From Zygnema circumcarinatum SAG 698-1b (lineage: Eukaryota; Plantae; Zygnematophyceae): 64,000 bases of DNA. The notes under the pieces were generated by a model. That model saw only the letters and a program-made list of their open reading frames with translations. It had not been told where the DNA came from and searched no databases. Shown here piece after piece: positions 54,747 through 64,000 of this stretch (positions are counted from its first letter, which is position 1; every line of letters begins with the position of its first letter). Both the position numbers and the translations under genes were made by a program. The DNA is taken from assembly GCA_037447605.1 (NCBI GenBank), contig CM074807.1, forward strand, positions 2,366,327 to 2,430,326, read 5' to 3'.

Positions 54747-57700
54747 ATGGATCAGCGTTTCCCATATTCGCCTGCCGAACTCGCAAAAGTGAAGGTTGTG
54801 CAGTTCGGCTTACTAAGTCCGGATGAAATTGTGAGCTGCTCGCTTTTACCCTCGCCCTTTTGGATTTTGAGCCACATCATGCGGCTGGACGGGGGTCAGT
54901 GGGACATCGACTGGTCGGTGTGGCAATGTTATCTGAAATATCAGTGCTTTCCAAATTCATTCGAAGAGAGGCTAATATTTTTTTAGGTCTTGGAATTTAA
55001 TGATCTACCGCAGCAATGGTCGTTTAGGTGAAAGGATGAGCTGAAAATGCTTTTTCTGTAGGTGTTCAGCCACTTTGGGAAATTGCAACTGGAAATTCAT
55101 GTTATTTCTAGTTCAGAACGGTTTGTTGGGCAAGCCGGAGCGTATTTGTTTGCAGAGTTCGGAGCAAGCACCGACGTATTTAAAACCTTCGTAGGAAATG
55201 AATACATGGCATCCTACATGGCTCTGCAGTTCAGTAGAGCAGTTTCAAACCCCCAAATCTGTTCACGGCACAAAAGCTGACCACTTGGCGGACTGTTGAG
55301 GCTGCAGAGGCACATGTCCGTTGTGAAAATAGAATGCAGTGAAACATATGACAGAGGAAAGCCAAAGCTGACCGGCTTGAGTGACCCGCGTCTTGGCACT
55401 ATCGACCGTCATGTGAAATGCGAAACCTGCGGAGGGAGCATGGCCGAGTGCCCGGGTCATTTTGGGCACTTGGAGCTCGCCAAGCCCATGTTCCATATCG
55501 GCTTTCTCAAGACCGTGCTGGCGATTCTGCGTTGTGTCTGCCACAATTGCTCCCGCATATTAGCAGACGAGGTGCGTGACCTATTCTTTCCAGTCCCCGT
55601 TCCAGAAAAGCAACAGGTTTTCATGTGATTTAATTGAAAGTGGACCAGCTGGCTATTCAAGCTGGCATCAAGACATTAGTCAATCTTTTTTTCAAGTTTT
55701 TAATTGACTTTGAAGAAATGCAGCTTAACGACAGCAACGTTCAATTTAAGCACTAGCCTTTTTAGTTACCTTCTTTGGAAATAGAGCTTTGACTAGCATA
55801 GCAAGTTTGAGCATGAGGAAAAAACCCAACTTGCATACTGAGCAGCCAGACCCTATGTTATTTATGCCATTTGGCAGCAAAACAGTGTTCTTTATGCGTT
55901 TCTACTGTTAGATTGAAGGCAAGACCAGTCATGCATTGAGCATGTGAGATATGACTCTTTTCTTACACCAAGGTTAGAACTTGAGATGAGGAAAGGACCT
56001 TTTTTATTGGAAAATACGGAGAACTAGGATTTTCGTGTTTGTTTTAAGTGACCACTTGAAACCCATAGGAGCTAAGATTTTGAAATGAAAAATGAAAGGG
56101 CATGTACTCATGGCTGAAATGATCTACTTTCCGACTGGAAATTGACATCAGAAACACGTTACGGTGCAGCAGGGAACTGCTTCACATGGTTAAGTGAGGC
56201 ACAAGGGTCGGAATAGGTTTTATTACTGTGTGGAAGCCTTGAGATGCAGCTACGTTGGCTGCCAAAATTGCATGTTTTTTCAAACTATGAGTAGTAAAAA
56301 TATAGCAATCTTCTCGTATACTCACTGAGGAATGCAGTAGGTAGGAGGAATGAGGTTGGCGAATGGTGAGAAAGTATCAGCAGCAGAGGATGCAGAATAT
56401 CTCCTTATGCTTTGCCAAATCAAATCATAGACGGGCGAAGCATGGATGGGAGGTATTGAAAGGTTCGTGACTTTGGAGATCAGTAATACGAGCTGAATGA
56501 AACTTTGTTATGCAGGAAGATCACAAGTTCAAGCTTGCAAAAAAGGTCAAAGCCCCAAAGCAGCGGTTGCGGCGCATCTTGGATTGTTGCAAGAACAAGC
56601 AAATTTGCGAGGGAGGTGAGGACCCTGAAGAGGATCCTATGAGGGAAGAGGAAGACGAAGCCGATAAAAAACCACGCAGGGGAGGATGCGGCGCACAGCA
56701 ACCTCGCTACACCATTGATGGAATGAAGATTGTGGCAGAGTTCAAGTTGCGCAAGTCAAAGAATGAGGAGGGGGATCAAATGCCGGAACCTGCCGAACGA
56801 AAGCAGCAACTTGGGGCTGATAAAGTAGGAAGTATTTTATCTCCTCTGTTGATGGTGGACCTTTCTTGTTGATGGCCGCTTTATGTGCAGTCATTGGATG
56901 AGAGCGGGTGAGCTGTTCTGAAGCTGTTCCAAAAAGCTTCATGGACGTCTTTCTCGCTGACTTTTATACATACAAGTCGTTTTGCATAACTTGAATATTG
57001 AAAAAGGAGCCTGAATGACCGCCCGCTGAACTGGCGCTGATGTCATGTTTGTGGTGGAGAGTTTTAGTGGTGAAACTGAGGATATGAACTCTTTTCAACA
57101 GCTTGATGGTTTTGAAGCCAAAAAGAATGAAATATCTTACCAAGCAGGAGGGCTGTGGTTCAGGTGTTGAACATATTGAAACGGATTACTGACGAAGACA
57201 GCGAAACTTTGGGGCTGAATCCCCGCTATGCACGTCCCGATTGGCTCATTTTGCAAGTGTTGCCAATTCCTCCTCCGCCTGTACGACCGTCCGTTCAAAT
57301 GAGCAGTTCAGCTCGGTCTGAGGTCAGTGAAAATGTCTGACCGCCGGCTCTGCCTCATTCATGTGATGTCATATGACGCTTGTTTCTTACATAAGGTGAT
57401 CTTCTCTGCAGGATGATCTGACCCACCAGCTTGCCATGATCATTCGCCATAGCAACAACCTCAAAAAACAGGAAGAGAACGGTGCTCCGGCCCACATCAT
57501 CAGCGAATTCGTGCAGCTCCTGCAATTCCACGTTGCTACATACTTTGACAACGATCTGCCCGGCCAGCCACGGGTACATAGACTCACTTTTCTTGCGTTT
57601 GCAACCACGAACTTCAATAATGTCGAGAAGAAAAGTGAGTGAAGAAAAAACATCGTCTGAGTCCATTGGAACATTGTCTGTTCGACGATTGCAGGCAACG

Positions 57701-60700
57701 CAGCGTTCAGGGCGGCCCATCAAGTCCATATGTGCTCGCTTGAAAGCCAAAGAAGGTCGGATTCGCGGAAATCTCATGGGAAAACGTGTTGACTTCTCTG
57801 CGAGAACAGTCATCACTCCTGACCCCAACATTAACATTGACGAGTTGGGGGTCCCTTGGAGTATCGCTCTCAACCTCACCTACCCGGAGACTGTGACCCC
57901 ATACAACATTGAAAAGTATGTGCCGCACGTTTCCTCCGAAGTTGCACTCATGATGAATTCTCGTTCTCGTTCTCATGAATTCTCATTCATTTTCTAAATT
58001 CATTCTCATCATGATTGGATGAGCCCTGCGAGCTCCCTTCCCTTTACATCTGCTTTTAAGGGGTGCAGGTTGAAGGAGCTGGTCGAGAATGGACCGCATC
58101 CCCCTCCCGGCAAGACCGGAGCAAAGTACATTATTCGGGAAGATGGACAACGCCTAGATTTGCGCTTTCTGAAGAAAACTAGTGATCGCCATTTGGAATT
58201 GGGGTACAAGGTGGGTGCACATTTCACCATGTGCGACTATTTCTAATTCTGTTCGACTCTGTCTGTTCATGGCTCTCACTGGAACGGAGCAATTTTTTGC
58301 AGGTGGAACGGCATCTTCAAGAGGGTGACTATGTGCTTTTCAATCGGCAGCCAAGTCTTCACAAAATGTCCATTATGGGTCATCGCATCCGCATCATGCC
58401 GTATTCGACATTTCGGCTCAATCTGTCTGTCACATCGCCGTACAATGCTGACTTCGACGGTGACGAGATGAACATGCATGTCTGCCAAACTTTCGAGACG
58501 AGGGCAGAGACAATGGAGCTCATGCTCGTCCCAAAGTGCGTTGTCAGCCCTCAATCGAACCGCCCCGTCATGGGAATTGTGCAAGATACTCTTCTAGGTT
58601 GCCGCAAGATGACAAAGCGTGATACTTTCATTGAGAAGGCAAGCTTTCGAACCTTCGTGCACCCCTTCTTGCAATAAGGAATGCCCTTCTTCATGCGATA
58701 GAGACATTCGGGAAAACCTGCTGCCATAACACGAGCCCTTATCCTTGGTTTTTGCAGGACGTGTTCATGAATATTCTTATGTGGTGGGAAGATTTCGATG
58801 GAAAGATGCCTGTTCCGACGATCTTAAAGCCCAGACCTCTCTGGACAGGCAAACAGGTCTTCTCCCTCTTTATTCCGAAAACTATCAACTTGATTCGATT
58901 CTCCGCATGGCATCCGGACGAAGAGATCAACACGTTTCCTGACTTCTCTCCCGGAGACACGCAAGTGCGCATTGAAAGGGGCGAGCTTCTCACCGGCATT
59001 TTGTGTAAAAAGTCACTGGGAGCAGCAAGTGGAGGAGTCGGCCATGTCATATGGTAGTAGCCTTTCTCCCACCTTGTTAGAAATGGTGATTCTTTTTCAA
59101 CTCCTGCTGCTTTTATTGCGTCAGAAAATAGATAGGTGAGGGCTAACTTGGCCCATAGTTGTTTCACAGGGAGGAAGTGGGTCCCGATGCTGCTCGCAAG
59201 TTTCTTGGCCACACGCAGTGGCTGGTCAACTATTGGCTACTTCAAGAAGGGTTCAGTATAGGGATTGGAGACACCATTGCGGATGCCTCAACTATGGAAA
59301 GGATTAATTGGACCATCACTGAAGCAAAGAAGAAGGTGAAGGAACTCATCAAAAAAGCGCAGGACAATGAGCTGGAGGCGCAGCCTGGTCGAACTCTATT
59401 GGAGTCGTTCGAAAATCACGTGAATCAGGTAAGGGGAGAAGGGGTCAGTCTGCTCCCTACACTCCTTGCAGAGTGGCATTTTTAGAACAGTAGATAAAAG
59501 GGATGCAGATGCTTCATGCTGAAAGGGAGAGTGGAGTCGTTGGCAGGTGCTGAACCGTGCTCGTGACGATGCTGGAAGAGAGGCCCAATCAAGCTTGTCG
59601 GAATCCAACAATGTGAAGGCAATGGTGACGGCAGGTTCAAAGGGGTCCTTCATCAACATCTCGCAGATGATTGCCTGCGTGGGGCAGCAGAACGTGGAGG
59701 GAAAGCGCATTCCCTATGGCTTTGTTAACCGAACTTTGCCGCATTTCACCAAAGATGATAACGGGCCAGAGAGTCGGGGTTTTGTAGAGAATTCATATTT
59801 GCGAGGGTTGACACCACAGGAGTTCTTTTTTCATGCGATGGGAGGAAGGGAGGGGCTAATTGACACTGCTGTGAAGACCTCTGAGACGGGATACATCCAA
59901 CGGCGGCTGGTGAAGGCTATGGAAGATGTTATGGTGAAGTATGACGGTACAGTTCGAAACAGTTTAGGTGATGTGATACAATTTCTGTATGGAGAGGACG
60001 GCATGGATGCTGTCTGGATTGAAAGTCAAAAGTTGGATTCGATGCGTATGGACACGAAGAAGTTCAACAAGACCTACCGTTTTGAGCTCGACCGTGATGA
60101 TTGGAATCCGAACTACATGCCTCCCCAGTTTGCAGAAGACATTCGCACAATTGCAGAGTTCAGGGATGTTCTGAATGCGGAAGTGACTCAGCTCGAGGAG
60201 GATCGCAGAGTTCTGGGCACTGAAATTGCGCCATCTGGAGACACCACGTGGCCTCTCCCAGTCAACCTCAAACGGCTCGTTTGGAATGCTCAGGTATGTA
60301 TGGATACGGTCGATAGTGGACCCATGATGAACTCTTCTGTGGGGGGGCTTTCTTGTGCCACTCATGTGATGATGACAAGTGCTTTATATGTCTTTTGTTT
60401 TGTGAACAGAAACTTTTCAAAATCAACTTCCAGCATCCGTCAGATATGTACCCCATGGATGTGGTAGACGCAGTCGACAAGCTGCAGGAGAGACTCAAAG
60501 TGGTAGTGGGAGATGACGCAATCAGCCGTGAAGCACAGAAGAATGCGACCCTCTTCTTCAACTGCCTTCTGCGATCAACGTTGGCGAGCAAGCGAGTGCT
60601 GAAAGAGTATCGTCTCAACAGAGAGGCATTCGAGTGGGTAATAGGGGAGGTAGAGGCTCGCTTTCTGCAGAGTCAAGCAGTAGCGGGAGAGATGATTGGC

Positions 60701-63379
60701 TGTGTTGCCGCTCAGTCCATTGGCGAACCCGCCACTCAGATGACTCTGAACACTTTCCACTTTGCCGGAGTGAGTGCGAAGAATGTGACACTTGGGGTCC
60801 CGCGATTGAGAGAGATTATCAACGTGGCTAAGAAGACGAAGACTCCCTCTCTCACTGTGTATTTGAAGAGGCAGTACGATGCCAATGGGACGGAAATAAG
60901 TAAGGACGCGGCAAAGGATGCGGCAAAGAGTGTGCAGGTGGAGTTGGAGTACACAACACTACGAGGTGTGACGCAAGCAACGGAGATTTGGTATGATCCG
61001 GACCCCATGAGCACCATAATTGAGGAAGATATGGAAACAGTTCGTTCGTACTATGAAATGCCGGACGAAGATATCAATCCAGACAAAATTTCGCCATGGC
61101 TGCTGCGAATAGAACTCAACCGGGAGATGATGGTGGACAAGAAGCTGACCATGGAGATGATTGGAGAAAAAATCAATCAGGAATTCGAGGACGACCTTAC
61201 CTGCATTTTCAGTGATGACAATGCCCAAAAGCTCATATTGCGAGTGCGCATTATGAACGATGAGTCGCATACGGAAAAGGGAGAGACAGCGGATGCTCAG
61301 GATGACGATGTTTTCCTGAAACGCATTGAGGGCAACATTCTCACAGACATGGCACTGCGTGGTATTCCAGACATTAGAAAAGTCTTTATCCGCGATATGA
61401 AGAGACAGAAATTTGACGAGGAGCAGGGTTTCAAGCAGGAGTCAGAATGGATACTGGACACAGAAGGAGTGAACATGCTTGCTGTCATGTGCCATGAGAA
61501 GGTCGACTCCGCCCGAACCACTAGCAACCACTTGATAGAGGTGATAGAAGTCCTGGGAATAGAAGCTGTCCGGCAAGCCCTCCTTAAGGAACTCCGAGAT
61601 GTCATCTCCTTCGATGGGTCCTATGTGAACTACCGCCATCTCGCCATTCTCTGCGATGTGATGACATACCGCGGTCATCTCATGTCCATCACCCGCCATG
61701 GCATCAACCGCAATGACACGGGCCCCATGATGCGCTGCTCCTTCGAGGAGACGGTGGACATTCTTCTCGATGCAGCGGTCTATGCGGAGGCAGACCATCT
61801 GAAGGGAGTGACGGAGAACATCATGCTTGGCCAGTTGGCCCCCATAGGCACGGGCGACTTTGGGCTGCACTTGAATGAAGGGATGCTGAAGAATGCCATT
61901 GAGTTGCAGCTGCCCTCCTTCATGGAGGGAGGGATGGAGGATTACGGAATGACACCGGGCCGTTCGCCGGGCCCTGCCGGCACTCCTTATAGGGACTTAA
62001 TGATGTCTCCGAGCTATCTGGCGAGCCCTAACTTACGTGCCTCCCCCATGTCGGGAGATGCCGCTTTCTCCCCATATGTGGGTGGTATGACTTTCTCGCC
62101 CGGTCCTTCCCCTGGCTACAGCCCTGCATCTCCTGGCTACAGTCCAACCTCTCCTGGCTATAGTCCAAATTCTCCCAGCTACAGTCCAGCCTCTCCTTCG
62201 TACAGTCCCACATCACCTGGATACAGCCCGACTTCTCCTGCATATTCACCTACAAGCCCATCATATTCACCAACTTCTCAAACTTACAGTCCTACATCAC
62301 CAAGTTACAGTCCTACCTCACCTAGCTATAGTCCCACTTCTCCCAGCTACAGCCCCACCTCCCCAAGCTACAGCCCCACATCCCCGAACTATAGTCCAAC
62401 ATCACCCAGCTATAGTCCCACTTCTCCAAGCTACAGTCCCACCTCACCTCGCTACAGCCCTTCATCACCTAGCTACAGCCCGACATCTCCAGCCTACAGT
62501 CCCAGTTCTCCTGCTTACAGTCCCACCTCCCCAGGCTACAGCCCTTCTTCCCCCAGTTACAGTCCAACATCACCAAATTACAGCCCCACTTCTCCAAGCT
62601 ACAGCCCAACATCTCCTAGCTACGGTCCCACATCACCCAGTTACAGCCCTGCATCACCTGGCTACAGCCCTGCATCTCCAAACTACAGTCCTACATCTCC
62701 GGGCTATTCGCCAACGAGTCCGGCATACAGTCCATCGTCTCCTTCGTACAGGTTGGTGCCACCTCTGCTGCCCCCTGCCCTCTGCTTCTTGTTGGGGGTA
62801 GTCCTTAATCAGGAGATGTATGTTGGATGTCTTGCAGCCCAACTTCCCCATCGTTCTCCCCTACATCGCCATCCTACTCTCCTGCAAGCCCGTCGTACAG
62901 CCCCACTGCTCCAGCTTATTCGCCAACAAGGTACAGTTTGGTTGCTCTTTTTGCAGGGCATGTCTTAAGTCTTATGTTTCGTCCTTTTCAGGGGGTAAAG
63001 GGAGGGAAAGCAGTGGGCTTTCCAAGAGAGGATGCTGACGGTGGGTTCTCTCGTGGGTTTCTGGTCTCTAGTCCGGCATACTCTCCTGGAATGCAAACAT
63101 ATCAGCCCAGTTCATCCCAATACAGGTACTGCACTTCCTTTCCTCCTCCGGCCTCTCATTCTTTCCCCCTTTCCATTGTTGGGTCATCACAAACACCTGA
63201 CAAACTCTTGCCTCGAATAACTATTTGAGAAAGCGTCTTGGCGGGGCATGGGGAAATCAAACAGTCCATCTGGAGGAGACTACTCGCCGTCTGTACAAGG
63301 CTACTCGCCCCCAACCGGGGATTACACGCCAAGCTATACACCAAAAAAAGAGGAGTCGCAAAAGTCATCCCAAAAGTAG
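54747..63379 (+). CDS. NRPB1: RNA polymerase II largest subunit
   Basis: [11 protein letters not shown].., [35 protein letters not shown] active site, TLNTFHFAG trigger loop. CTD has 30 YSPTSPS-type heptads in one exon plus more across three further exons. Stop at 63377-63379. Confidence 0.99.
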
Positions 63380-64000
63380 TCAGAACTACCAGAGTCTCTT
63401 CCTGCCTTCGCTTTCAAGGGAATTTTGGCTACAATTTACACCGAATGAGGTTTTAGACTACCGTTGAACCGAACAGGTTGAGGAAAAAAGAAATTAAAGA
63501 TTTTGTCTTCTCACAAAGAAAAAAAACTTTCAAAACCAGTTTCTAAAAAAAAAACCCTGTATTTGTGAACACGATTCATTTTGAGTAGTGAGAAATGATT
63601 TCCTACATTTTTCTCAATACAATCTTATATGGAGAACCAATTAAACTTTGAACAATTTATTGTCGTTGGTGTTCAATTTGAGTTTCCCTTGGGTCCACCG
63701 ATCGAAAATGAGATTTTTAGCGGATCGCTTAAAGCGTAGACTCGGAGTTTCGTACAGAAACTGTTGATCAGCTCGCGAGAGAGTCGTACGGCAAAACTGG
63801 GGCCCGTGTTACAGTAGGGGGTCCTCATATTTTCGCCATGGTTTTGGCAAATATGGGGCGAAAATCTTGATTTTGCAAATATGAGGTTCGTGTTACCAAT
63901 AGGCGGGCGGTATTATGTTAGAGTTCATGTTTACCCGTACGTTTCATACCGTATCGTATCGTATCGAGCCTCTTACGGCGGCACGAGCGGGAAGATTCGG

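Noticed and set aside
57355-61870. Antisense ORFs within RPB1
   Set aside because: Shadow ORFs of a conserved sense-strand coding sequence.

Overview
Gene-dense, intron-rich eukaryotic nuclear DNA from a streptophyte, most likely a charophyte/zygnematophycean alga. This is an inference: plant-type LBD, GIL1/IRKI-like, KNB36-like and phi-GST genes sit beside an algal-style tubulin cofactor B. About 15 protein-coding genes can be reconstructed by eye, in order: F-box/LRR (-), bacterial-type alpha/beta-hydrolase esterase (+), GIL1/IRKI-like (-), SMP/LEA (+), plastid FtsH-protease-like protein (+), atypical acidic HLH (+), TFCB (+), KNB36-like (+), SWEET (-), GST-phi (+), Costars/ABRACL (-), PTPLA/HACD (-), VPS4/SKD1 (+), class I LBD (+) and RPB1 (+). 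A Ty3/gypsy LTR retrotransposon (50066-54300, 4-bp GCGG TSD, N-gap, frameshifted pol) is inserted in the RPB1 promoter. Also present are a Tourist-like MITE, an intronic degenerate telomere array, microsatellites and CpG-island-like promoters. Best leads: (1) a probable horizontally acquired bacterial esterase with three phase-2 introns; (2) a likely non-canonical AT-AG minor-spliceosome (U12) intron, plus three GC-AG introns and G-rich acceptors; (3) an HLH protein with an acidic patch in place of the basic region; (4) a seed-type RY+G-box+DRE promoter on a LEA gene; (5) an LTR element with no polypurine tract and a duplicated LTR terminus in its place; (6) promoter CpG islands carrying CCGTAC clusters. 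All family assignments come from recognising motifs, not from database searches. No prokaryotic-type system (CRISPR etc.) is evident.
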